Source of the DNA: a virus
Lineage: Duplodnaviria; Caudoviricetes
IMG/VR virus record: IMGVR_UViG_3300030202_001434
Location: 1,233 to 65,232 of that record
DNA length: 64,000 nt
Strand: one strand, 5' to 3'
In this document: one piece after another, positions 1 to 8,404 of the stretch
How the letters are laid out: each line of letters begins with the position of its first letter
Position numbering within the stretch: the first letter of the stretch is position 1
The notes under the pieces: model-generated
The model's database searches: none
What the model saw: only the letters and a program-made list of their open reading frames with translations
Told to the model about the DNA's origin: nothing
Translations under genes and position numbers: made by a program

Positions 1-96
1 GAGTTTTTAACTGACGGCGAAATGCTAGATATAGTATTAGATCAATTAAAAAATCTAACCGCGATAAAACATCGTTTAAACGCACCGAAATCATGA
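1..96 (+). CDS. hypothetical early protein, 5'-truncated
   Basis: Frame 1 open from window edge (EFLTDGEMLDIVLDQLKNLTAIKHRLNAPKS*); TGA overlaps the next ATG. Confidence 0.5.
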   Translation, partial: EFLTDGEMLDIVLDQLKNLTAIKHRLNAPKS

Positions 97-278
97 ATTA
101 TTGGCAAGAAGATGCGTGGTGTACGTTACAAACAGAAACAGATGAAGTGTTAGACGTTAATCTTTGGACTGACGACAACACAGGTAAACAATACATAACC
201 TTTTATCCTACATTGAGCAACGATGTATCCAAAGCAAATAAAGTCGTGGCTCATTATAGAGTAATTAAAGAAGAATAA
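93..278 (+). CDS. hypothetical early protein
   Basis: ORF track; coupled to neighbours. Confidence 0.65.
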   Translation: MNYWQEDAWCTLQTETDEVLDVNLWTDDNTGKQYITFYPTLSNDVSKANKVVAHYRVIKEE

Positions 279-279
279 T

Positions 280-489
280 ATGTATGAGATAGAAATTAAC
301 GACACAATTAAAACAACTTTAATGTTTGTTTACACAGAGACAGATGACCCAGAACACGAAGATTATGTTTTTTGTTTTGAAGAAGTCAGAGATATGATTA
401 AACAACACAATAATTATTTTGACACTAATTATAAAACAATTCAGGAGTTTAATAATAACGAGCCACATAGAAAAATTGTATTAATATGA
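280..489 (+). CDS. hypothetical early protein
   Basis: ORF track; tightly packed. Confidence 0.65.
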   Translation: MYEIEINDTIKTTLMFVYTETDDPEHEDYVFCFEEVRDMIKQHNNYFDTNYKTIQEFNNNEPHRKIVLI

Positions 490-728
490 ATGTAAAAGGA
501 ACTTATGTCATCATTGACGATATGGGGTGTTATGAAATTGAAGTAGACTATGAGTACTACCACAAAGCCCCCACACATTATGACCCGTTCGAGGACAGGT
601 TAGATATTAAAGAAGTACGTTTAAACGGAGTGGATATGACTAAATTTTATTGGGACTATCTTAACGAAGATATGTTCGATGAAGTTTATCAGTATGCTTA
701 TGATAATAGATATGTAAAATATGAGTAG
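486..728 (+). CDS. hypothetical acidic early protein
   Basis: ORF track; ATGA overlap with previous gene. Confidence 0.7.
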   Translation: MNVKGTYVIIDDMGCYEIEVDYEYYHKAPTHYDPFEDRLDIKEVRLNGVDMTKFYWDYLNEDMFDEVYQYAYDNRYVKYE

Positions 729-993
729 AAAAAAAGAAGTTAAAACAGAGTACAGATACTCTGACTACAGAGGTAGTGAAATTATCTGGTCAACAGAAGA
801 CATTGAGGCGATCGCTGAAGAATTAGGGATTACTTATTTAGACTTTGATGACTATGATAAAATTCTGCACGATACATTTAAAAACTATGGTGTAGACATT
901 ATGGACTCCTTGCGTGATTGGTTTGTAGCACAGACATGGAATCATGCAAAGGCTTTACAAGTAGAATATAATAAAAAAAATAAAGATGAATAG
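721..993 (+). CDS. hypothetical early protein
   Basis: ORF track; overlapping start/stop. Confidence 0.7.
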   Translation: MSRKKEVKTEYRYSDYRGSEIIWSTEDIEAIAEELGITYLDFDDYDKILHDTFKNYGVDIMDSLRDWFVAQTWNHAKALQVEYNKKNKDE

Positions 994-1132
994 AGATATA
1001 AGAAAAATTATAGTAATGTTAGATAATGTCTATGAAGAAATATTAGATACCTGTACGGAATCTGATGAAAGAGAGGAAGTGCTGAGTAAAATAGACGATG
1101 TTCAATATTTAATAGAAGACTTAGATGAGTAA
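986..1132 (+). CDS. small acidic hypothetical protein (48 aa, not in ORF track)
   Basis: Hand translation MNRDIRKIIVMLDNVYEEILDTCTESDEREEVLSKIDDVQYLIEDLDE*; overlaps both neighbours. Confidence 0.55.
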   Translation: MNRDIRKIIVMLDNVYEEILDTCTESDEREEVLSKIDDVQYLIEDLDE

Positions 1133-1289
1133 AAAATTTAGAAAACCTAGTAAGTTAGACAGAGTGTTTAAACGACAGGGACGTAACAGAACTCAAGATG
1201 TTCTGGGGGCAATCTTTGAAGCCTATACACAATCACAATTAAATCAAATCGATAAAAATTATGAAAAAGAAAAGACAATACCGCAGTAA
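1125..1289 (+). CDS. small hypothetical protein (54 aa, not in ORF track)
   Basis: Hand translation MSKKFRKPSKLDRVFKRQGRNRTQDVLGAIFEAY...IPQ*. Confidence 0.5.
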   Translation: MSKKFRKPSKLDRVFKRQGRNRTQDVLGAIFEAYTQSQLNQIDKNYEKEKTIPQ

Positions 1290-1404
1290 TCAAGGTAGAA
1301 GTCCTGAAAAAGAGAAAGAAATTTTCAAGACTTTGAACGTTACAATTAAAGTAATGCTGATCGTCAGCATTATATTATCATTAACTTTTTTAATATCAGG
1401 ATAA
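1261..1404 (+). CDS. small membrane protein (47 aa, not in ORF track)
   Basis: MKKKRQYRSNQGRSPEKEKEIFKTLNVTIKVMLIVSIILSLTFLISG*; C-terminal hydrophobic helix; TAATG coupling to next ORF. Confidence 0.6.
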   Translation: MKKKRQYRSNQGRSPEKEKEIFKTLNVTIKVMLIVSIILSLTFLISG

Positions 1405-1610
1405 TGTATTTCAATAAATCAAAAGTAGAATTAGTAGGATTAATTTTAGAAAAAGATGATGAACTTATTGATCTAAGAAAACAATTAAAATTTTATAAAA
1501 AGAAATATCAAGAGTGTAATGAGTGGGGAAGCGGGGAAGAATATATGTCAGGCTCTGTTCCTTTAAAAAAACTTTTACCTGTGCTAGGAATTAATAAAAA
1601 ATTAAAGTAA
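1404..1610 (+). CDS. hypothetical coiled-coil protein
   Basis: ORF track. Confidence 0.6.
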   Translation: MYFNKSKVELVGLILEKDDELIDLRKQLKFYKKKYQECNEWGSGEEYMSGSVPLKKLLPVLGINKKLK

Positions 1611-1703
1611 ATTTACATTCTTATGAAAAATAATGATCCTGAATTAGAAATCGAATATGGAACAGAATTCCTGTTTATATAGTTAGTTGTTTGTTTTAAA
1701 GAA

Positions 1704-1742
1704 GCCGAACCCCCTTGTGAAAGCATGGGGGATTTGGTGGTA
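1704..1742 (+). other. GC-rich GAAA-tetraloop hairpin ending in TTTGGTGGTA (copy 1)
   Basis: CCGAA-CCCCC-TTGT-GAAA-GCAT-GGGGG-A-TTTGG-TGGTA; same architecture at 63370-63409. Confidence 0.6.
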
Positions 1743-1760
1743 GAAATCAAATCTAATTAA

Positions 1761-2060
1761 ATGAAAAGAGAAATTTTTGACTATTACGCTTCGGCTATTG
1801 CAAAGCAATTCAACATAACCTTAAAAGAATTGTTTACTCAAACAAAATTAAGTCATATTGTAGATGCCAGACAATTACTTTACCTTCTTTGTATCCAAAG
1901 AAATTTTAAAAAAAGTTACATTAAAACTTTCCTAGCTGAAAACGGATATGTAGTTTCACATTCTACTATAAAGTACGGAGTAGAACAGGCTGAAAAGTTA
2001 ATTGAATCAGACCCTGACTTTGCTACTATGATCAAAAAAATACAAGAGAATGATAATTGA
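1761..2060 (+). CDS. DnaA domain IV-like helix-turn-helix DNA-binding protein
   Basis: IVDARQLLYLLC...SHSTIKYGVEQ resembles the DnaA C-terminal (ARQ...DHSTV) pattern. Confidence 0.6.
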   Translation: MKREIFDYYASAIAKQFNITLKELFTQTKLSHIVDARQLLYLLCIQRNFKKSYIKTFLAENGYVVSHSTIKYGVEQAEKLIESDPDFATMIKKIQENDN

Positions 2061-2463
2061 AGACTTAGAATATATTTTTCATCAAGCCCTTCAAGATAAT
2101 AAAGCTATCGAGACTAAAACAAATAAAGTACATTCTGTTATAGCTAACGGAATTAAAATACAAAAGTTTTCTGATCGTATAGAAATATTAAACATGGGTA
2201 AAGGTGGGGATTATTTTAAAGAATGTTCTGCTGAAGAGTATGATTTTTTTTATGAAGACGGATGGCTGATAGGTTGTTATAGAGTTAAACTAAATAACTG
2301 CCTTCATAAACTTAAAATTATTGAAGAGAAAATTAAAACTGAAGTCAACACAAGAAAGAATGACAAACATATTCAAAACTTAAAGAGTAGAAGAGAATCA
2401 ATTCTTAAAAAGTATACAATCAATAAAAATAAATTAAATCAAATCAAATCAAAATATGAGTAA
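2050..2463 (+). CDS. hypothetical protein
   Basis: ORF track. Confidence 0.7.
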   Translation: MIIEDLEYIFHQALQDNKAIETKTNKVHSVIANGIKIQKFSDRIEILNMGKGGDYFKECSAEEYDFFYEDGWLIGCYRVKLNNCLHKLKIIEEKIKTEVNTRKNDKHIQNLKSRRESILKKYTINKNKLNQIKSKYE

Positions 2464-3049
2464 ATCTAAATCAGTTTTCGAGACATTGAATAGCATCAAT
2501 GTTAGCGATAAGATAGAGAAGAAAGGGAATCTATCTTACTTGTCTTGGGCTTGGGCTTGGGCGGAACTAAAAAAACACTACCCTACATCTACCTATACAA
2601 TCTATGAAAACAATGATGGTTTAAATTATCATCATGATGGAAGGACTGCATGGGTTAAAACAGGAGTTACAATAGACGAAATGGAAAACATTGAGTATCT
2701 CCCTGTAATGAATAACAGAAATAAATCAATTCCTGTGGGACAAATAACATCCTTTGATGTTAATTCTTCAATACAAAGAAGTCTTACCAAAGCTATTGCA
2801 CGACATGGACTTGGCTTATATGTTTATGCGGGTGAAGATCTTCCGCAAGACACTGAACCTGAAAAAACTATAAAACCTAAAAACACAATAACTGAAATTA
2901 CATTAAACGTTAATGATGATAATTGGGAAAAGGTTATGAGGTTTGTAGCTCACAATAAAACAAAAGGGTTGAAGTATATAGTTGATAAACTAAAAACTAA
3001 GTACGACATTAAAGAGGAAATAAAGCAAGAAATAGCGAAACATGTATAG
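2456..3049 (+). CDS. Sak/Rad52-like ssDNA annealing protein (DUF1071-like)
   Basis: LSYLSWAWAW and NSSIQRSLTKAIARHGLGLYVYAGEDLP motifs. Confidence 0.85.
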   Translation: MSKSKSVFETLNSINVSDKIEKKGNLSYLSWAWAWAELKKHYPTSTYTIYENNDGLNYHHDGRTAWVKTGVTIDEMENIEYLPVMNNRNKSIPVGQITSFDVNSSIQRSLTKAIARHGLGLYVYAGEDLPQDTEPEKTIKPKNTITEITLNVNDDNWEKVMRFVAHNKTKGLKYIVDKLKTKYDIKEEIKQEIAKHV

Positions 3050-3788
3050 TTTAAACGCTCCCCTTGATGAAGTTGTAGAGCATCTACAGGATGACTCTAA
3101 ATACTACGGCGAATATGGTAAACAATTTTTATCTAATTCAGATATTAGTAAGTTATTGTACTCTCCTAATGAATTTGGCAAACCTACTCCGAAAACAAAA
3201 GAATTAGTGATGGGTTCGTATTTTCATACTGCAATGTTAGAACCTGATAAATTAAAAACATATGAAATTATAGAGGCTTCTAGTAGAAGTACTAAAATTT
3301 ATAAAGAAAGTGTTCCTGAAGGAGAGTTTTATTTATTACAAAAAGAAGCTGATCAGGTCATGACTTGGGTTGACAAAATGAAATCAAATTTACAAATGTT
3401 TGATTATATTTATGCTGAAGGCAATCAGTATGAACGACCCGCGGTTGATAAAATTATGGGAAATTTTTGGAAAGGTAAAGCTGATATACTTACAGACGAA
3501 TTTATTATTGACATTAAAACCACCACAAAAGTTCATGACTTTAAGTGGAAATGTAATACTTATAATTATGATAGTCAAGCGTACCTTTATCAAAGGTTGT
3601 TTAAACGCCAGATGATTTTTTTCGTAATTGATAAGGATACTCTTCAATTAAAAATCTGCGATTGTTCGCCAGAATTTATAGAAAGAGGTAAAGAAAAAGT
3701 AGAAAAAGCAACACATGAATTCAATTCTTTTTATGGCGAGAACGCGACAAAGAATCCTGAAAACTTTGTTATTCAGGAAACTCTCTAA
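3042..3788 (+). CDS. PD-(D/E)XK exonuclease (RecE/exonuclease VIII-like)
   Basis: LSNSDI, GSYFHTAMLEP, KGKADIL...IIDIKTT, YDSQAYLY motifs; adjacent to annealing protein. Confidence 0.8.
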   Translation: MYSLNAPLDEVVEHLQDDSKYYGEYGKQFLSNSDISKLLYSPNEFGKPTPKTKELVMGSYFHTAMLEPDKLKTYEIIEASSRSTKIYKESVPEGEFYLLQKEADQVMTWVDKMKSNLQMFDYIYAEGNQYERPAVDKIMGNFWKGKADILTDEFIIDIKTTTKVHDFKWKCNTYNYDSQAYLYQRLFKRQMIFFVIDKDTLQLKICDCSPEFIERGKEKVEKATHEFNSFYGENATKNPENFVIQETL

Positions 3789-3936
3789 GTTATTCTACAT
3801 AGAGAACACAACACGAAAAGGGGTGATGTGGGTAGATGTTCCAACTACCTGTAAGTCCCGAGAAGAGAAAGACATAATACTCTTCGATGCAATTAATAGA
3901 TTGGAACAAGAAATAAAAATTATCAATAATGAGTGA
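3733..3936 (+). CDS. hypothetical protein (start uncertain)
   Basis: Part of ORF-track 3715..3936; fills the gap and its stop overlaps the next start. Confidence 0.45.
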   Translation: MARTRQRILKTLLFRKLSKLFYIENTTRKGVMWVDVPTTCKSREEKDIILFDAINRLEQEIKIINNE

Positions 3937-4168
3937 ACAACAAAAAACGGAGCAACCAATATTCGTTGGAAATGGAGTATCCAAATTTGATGGCAACTTA
4001 ATAGAGATATCGGTTTGTTTAAACGATGTCGAGCCACACAAGTTTGAGTACAATGGTAAATGGTATACTAAATTAAAGGTTAACAAGAAAAAAGAAGTTG
4101 ATCAGTACGGAAAAACACATTCTGTTTCTATCAACACATGGAAGCCTGAACCAAAAGACGAATTTTAA
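3929..4168 (+). CDS. putative small ssDNA-binding protein
   Basis: KKEVDQYGKTHSVSINTWKP, acidic tail ending in F; recombination module context. Confidence 0.55.
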   Translation: MSEQQKTEQPIFVGNGVSKFDGNLIEISVCLNDVEPHKFEYNGKWYTKLKVNKKKEVDQYGKTHSVSINTWKPEPKDEF

Positions 4169-4184
4169 CAACTCCAATATTAAG

Positions 4185-4233
4185 AAGGGGAAAGAAAGTT
4201 TAAGATTGCACTTCCATCTTTCCCTTTTTTTTT
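4185..4233 (+). terminator. intrinsic terminator-like hairpin upstream of primase-helicase
   Basis: GGGAAAGA...TCTTTCCC followed by T9. Confidence 0.55.
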
Positions 4234-4247
4234 AATTTAAATCAAAC

Positions 4248-6656
4248 ATGCAAATAACTATATTTAAAGATATTAAAGAAACTTCTCAGCCTTTTTATAG
4301 AAATGTAGAAATAATAATTAAAAGAATTAGAGAAGGTTCATCAAAAGATCTTATTAAAAAAATTAGATCAGAAAGGAATAAAGACAATATAAATAGATTA
4401 AAACAAAAACTTCCCGCAATTTGTTTTAGTGGTACATTCAATAAAAGAAACGACAATTCATTAAAAGAACACAGCGGTTTAATTTGTTTAGATTTTGACG
4501 GATATCCATCTAACAAAGCAATGTTAATGGAAAAAGAAAAGCTTAGTAAAGACAAATATGTTTATTGTGTTTTTATATCACCAAGCGGAAAAGGTTTAAA
4601 AGCTTTAGTTAAAATTCCTGCTGACCCAGAAAATCATAAAAATTACTTCAATAGTTTAGAAGAGTATTTTAATTCAGAATATTTTGATAAAACCTCAAAA
4701 AATATATCAAGAGTTTGTTATGAATCTTACGATCCTTTAATACATGTCAATCATAATTCAAATACATGGGATCAAATTTATGAAGAACAATACACTGAGG
4801 TTGAAAAGAATGTAGATTTACCAACTATACCTATCACAGATGAAAATAAAATTGTAGATATACTTACTAAGTGGTGGCAAAAAAAATATCCAATGGTTGA
4901 GGGACAAAGAAACCATAATGTTTATGTTCTTGCGTCTGCATTCAATGACTTTGGTGTTTCAAAAACTTTAGCCGAGTATGTTTTAAATAGCTACGCTAGT
5001 CGAGATTTTAATAAAACAGAAATTAAAAGAACAATAACATCTGCTTATCAGCAAGTTCAGAACTTTGGTACAAAGTATTATGAAGATGAAGAAAAGGTTG
5101 ATAAAGTTAGAGCTAAATTAAAAAGAGGAGTTCCAAAAAAAGAAATCCGATCTGAATTAGAAGATTCGAAAATTGAGATCGGGGTTATTGATAATGTTAT
5201 TACTCGAATCGAAGAAGAACAATCGAACTCTAAGTTTTGGACACAATCTGACAAAGGTGTAATAAAAATTGTACACATTTATTTTAAAAATTTTTTAGAA
5301 GAACATGGGTTTTATAAGTTTAATCCACAAGGAAGCAAGAATTATGTATTTGTTAAGGTTACTAATAATTTAATTGATCATACATCTGAAAAAGAAATAA
5401 AAGATTTTATACTTAATTATTTAATTGATCTAGATGAATTTCAGGCATATAACTACTTTGCCGAAAACACACGGTATTTTAGAGAAGAGTTTCTAACCTT
5501 ACTATCTTCTATTGATGTTTATTTTATCGAGGATACAAAGACTACAGCGTATCTTTACTTTAATAATTCTGCTGTTAAAATTACATACGACTCTATTACA
5601 GCAATAGATTATTTAGATTTAGGTGGTTATGTTTGGAAAGATCATGTAATAGACAGACCCTACATAAAATGTGATTCTACTGATTGTGATTATAAAACAT
5701 TTATCAATAACATATGCGGTAATGAAGATAGTAGGATTAAATCTATGAAGTCTACAATAGGATATCTTTTACATGCATGGAAAAATTTATCTTACTGCCC
5801 TGCAACTATTTTAAACGATGAAGTAATTTCAGATAATCCTGAAGGTGGAACAGGTAAAGGATTGTTTATGAACGCTTTGTCACATATGAAGAAATTAGTT
5901 GTGATTGATGGTAAATCTTTTAATTTTGAAAAAAGTTTTGCTTATCAGCTTGTAAGCGCTGACACACAAATACTTTGTTTTGATGATGTTAGCAAGCATT
6001 TTAATTTTGAAAGGTTATTTTCTGTGGTGACAGAAGGATTAACTTTAGAAAAGAAAAATAAAGATGCAATTAAAATACCTTTCAGCAAATCTCCTAAAGT
6101 GTGTATAACAACAAATTATGCTATAAAAGGTAAAGGGAGTTCGTTTGAAAGAAGAAAATGGGAGCTAGAATTAGCTCAACATTATACGAAAGAGTTTACT
6201 CCCTTAAAAGAGTTTGGTAAATTAATGTTTGGCGAATGGAATGAAGATGAATGGTGTAGCTTTGATAACTTTATGATCGAATGTTTGCAAATTTATCTAG
6301 ATCATGGTTTGATCAGAAGTCAGTTTGTTAATTTAAAAATCAGAAGATTGTCTGCTGAAACATGTCATGAATTTATTGAGTGGTGTGGATTGGTTAAAGG
6401 TTTGCCCCCTAACGAAAAGTTAGTAGTAAATAAAAAAATATATAAGCAAGAGTTGTACATGGATTTTATAGAAGACAATCCAGACTTTGCGCCTAAAGCT
6501 AAAATGACAGTCTCTAGAATAAAATTTAATAAGTGGCTTATTGCTTATAATCAATTTAAATATGATTGTGATCCTGAAGAAGGTAGAGATACTTCAAGAT
6601 GGATAAGGTTCAGGCATAAACAAGAATTAGAAGTTAACGGAGAAATAGAATTTTAA
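4248..6656 (+). CDS. primase-helicase (BT4734/VirE-N primase-like domain, PriCT, SF3-type helicase)
   Basis: LPAICFSGTF, SGLICLDFD, FISPSGKGLK, EGQRNHNVY; Walker A EGGTGKGL; Walker B ILCFDDV; ITTN. Confidence 0.85.
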   Translation: MQITIFKDIKETSQPFYRNVEIIIKRIREGSSKDLIKKIRSERNKDNINRLKQKLPAICFSGTFNKRNDNSLKEHSGLICLDFDGYPSNKAMLMEKEKLSKDKYVYCVFISPSGKGLKALVKIPADPENHKNYFNSLEEYFNSEYFDKTSKNISRVCYESYDPLIHVNHNSNTWDQIYEEQYTEVEKNVDLPTIPITDENKIVDILTKWWQKKYPMVEGQRNHNVYVLASAFNDFGVSKTLAEYVLNSYASRDFNKTEIKRTITSAYQQVQNFGTKYYEDEEKVDKVRAKLKRGVPKKEIRSELEDSKIEIGVIDNVITRIEEEQSNSKFWTQSDKGVIKIVHIYFKNFLEEHGFYKFNPQGSKNYVFVKVTNNLIDHTSEKEIKDFILNYLIDLDEFQAYNYFAENTRYFREEFLTLLSSIDVYFIEDTKTTAYLYFNNSAVKITYDSITAIDYLDLGGYVWKDHVIDRPYIKCDSTDCDYKTFINNICGNEDSRIKSMKSTIGYLLHAWKNLSYCPATILNDEVISDNPEGGTGKGLFMNALSHMKKLVVIDGKSFNFEKSFAYQLVSADTQILCFDDVSKHFNFERLFSVVTEGLTLEKKNKDAIKIPFSKSPKVCITTNYAIKGKGSSFERRKWELELAQHYTKEFTPLKEFGKLMFGEWNEDEWCSFDNFMIECLQIYLDHGLIRSQFVNLKIRRLSAETCHEFIEWCGLVKGLPPNEKLVVNKKIYKQELYMDFIEDNPDFAPKAKMTVSRIKFNKWLIAYNQFKYDCDPEEGRDTSRWIRFRHKQELEVNGEIEF
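5135..5210 (+). promoter_or_regulatory. putative -1 programmed ribosomal frameshift signal
   Basis: A_AAA_AAA 5135-5141; stem CCGATCT 5147-5153/AGATCGG 5176-5182; loop GATTCGA 5163-5169 pairs with TCGAATC 5204-5210. Confidence 0.6.
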
Positions 6657-6657
6657 T

Positions 6658-7893
6658 ATGGAACTTAGAGATTATCAAAAAGAAATTGTTAGATTAAGTG
6701 TAAATGTTTTAAAAGAACACAAATTTGTTTATCTTGCTATGGAAGTTAGAACTGGCAAGACACTTACGAGTTTGAGTATAAGTAAGACTCTTGCTGTTTC
6801 TAACGTTTTATTTATTACCAAGAAAAAAGCTATATCTAGTATCCAAGATGACTATGATCTTTTAAATCCAGACTTTGATATTACTATTATTAATTACGAA
6901 TCTCTACATAAAATAGAGTGTTGCCCTTATGATGTTATTATTTGTGATGAGGCTCATGGTATGGGTGCATATCCGAAACCTAGTCGTAGAGCAAAGCTTG
7001 TAAAGTCTTTAATAAAATTAAACAAAGATCCTTATGTTATTTTATTATCTGGCACACCAACTCCTGAGTCTTATTCCCAAATGTATCATCAGGTTTTTGC
7101 TATTGAAAAGAATCCGTTTAAACAGTATAAAAACTTTTATAAGTTTGCTCATCAGTATGTTAATATTACTCAAAAAAAGATAGGGCCTACAAGTATTAAT
7201 GATTATAGTGATGGCAAAGAGTCTATCCTTTATGAAATGAAACCATATATGGTGAGCTTCACACAAAAGGAAGCGGGTTTCAAAACTGAAATTACTGAAG
7301 AAATACTGACAGTTGCCATGCATGAGTCTACTCACAACATGGTGAAGAAGTTAAAAAAAGAAAGAGTTCTACAAGGACAAATAGAAGTTGTGTTAGCTGA
7401 CACAGCTGTAAAGCTTATGTCTAAAATCCATCAGCTATATTCAGGAACTGTTAAGTTTGAAAGTGGTAGATCAGGTGTGACTGATTGGGCAAAGGCAAAA
7501 TTTATAGATGCATATTTTAGTGGTAAAAAAATTGCAATATTCTATAAGTTCAAAAAAGAATTAGAGGCAATAACAGATATATATAAAGATAAGGTCACTA
7601 CGGATCTAAAAGAATTTAAAGAAACAGACAAGTCAATAGCATTACAGATTGTTTCAGGTAGAGAAGGTATAAGTTTAAAAGAAGCTGAAGCTTTAGTGTA
7701 TTACAATATTGATTTTAGTGCTACAAGTTATTGGCAGTCAAGAGACAGGATGACTACTAAAGATAGAAAGTATAATAAAATATACTGGGTGTTTGCTGAG
7801 AATGGTATCGAACAACAGATATATAAAACTGTTATTAAGAAAAAAGATTATACTTTAAATCATTTTAAAAGAGATCTACTTACATTAAGATAA
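6658..7893 (+). CDS. SF2 (SNF2-like) helicase
   Basis: LRDYQ, MEVRTGKT, IICDEAH, LSGTP, SGREGISL, QSRDR. Confidence 0.85.
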   Translation: MELRDYQKEIVRLSVNVLKEHKFVYLAMEVRTGKTLTSLSISKTLAVSNVLFITKKKAISSIQDDYDLLNPDFDITIINYESLHKIECCPYDVIICDEAHGMGAYPKPSRRAKLVKSLIKLNKDPYVILLSGTPTPESYSQMYHQVFAIEKNPFKQYKNFYKFAHQYVNITQKKIGPTSINDYSDGKESILYEMKPYMVSFTQKEAGFKTEITEEILTVAMHESTHNMVKKLKKERVLQGQIEVVLADTAVKLMSKIHQLYSGTVKFESGRSGVTDWAKAKFIDAYFSGKKIAIFYKFKKELEAITDIYKDKVTTDLKEFKETDKSIALQIVSGREGISLKEAEALVYYNIDFSATSYWQSRDRMTTKDRKYNKIYWVFAENGIEQQIYKTVIKKKDYTLNHFKRDLLTLR

Positions 7894-8135
7894 TGACAGA
7901 ACAACAAATCCAAACCAAAAGAATTAAAGAGTTAGAAGCTGAAGGCTACTATGTTATAAAATTAATTAAGACTAATAAAAATGGGATCCCGGATCTTGTT
8001 GCGTTTCCAAAAAACTGTAATGTTTTGTTTTCTGAAATAAAAAAACCAACAGGTAAGGTATCAAAATTACAAGAATATAGATTAAAAGAGTTAGAAAGTT
8101 ATGGGTTCAGAACAGAAATATATAATGGAAAGTAA
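7893..8135 (+). CDS. VRR-NUC domain nuclease / resolvase
   Basis: MTEQQIQ, GIPDL, FSEIKKPTGKVSKLQEYR. Confidence 0.8.
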   Translation: MTEQQIQTKRIKELEAEGYYVIKLIKTNKNGIPDLVAFPKNCNVLFSEIKKPTGKVSKLQEYRLKELESYGFRTEIYNGK

Positions 8136-8385
8136 AAAACAAGAGCTTGAAGAGGCTATAGAGTATTTTAATAATTATAAAAAAAACCTTATACAGTTTT
8201 TAATACATAGCACCGCGTATCCAGGAAATAAAAAAACATGGGGTAGAGTGCGTTTAAACCCTAACGAAATATTAGGTATTCAAAAAGAGATAAGCAGGGT
8301 AGATTTGTTTATTTATGATCTTAAATTAATTAAAAATCCTAACATTTCTGTACTTAATTATTTAAATAATAAACATTTAAATTAA
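8125..8385 (+). CDS. hypothetical protein
   Basis: ORF-track 8101..8385; start moved to MESKK. Confidence 0.55.
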   Translation: MESKKQELEEAIEYFNNYKKNLIQFLIHSTAYPGNKKTWGRVRLNPNEILGIQKEISRVDLFIYDLKLIKNPNISVLNYLNNKHLN

Positions 8386-8404
8386 ATTTACTATCTTTAT
8401 AAGC

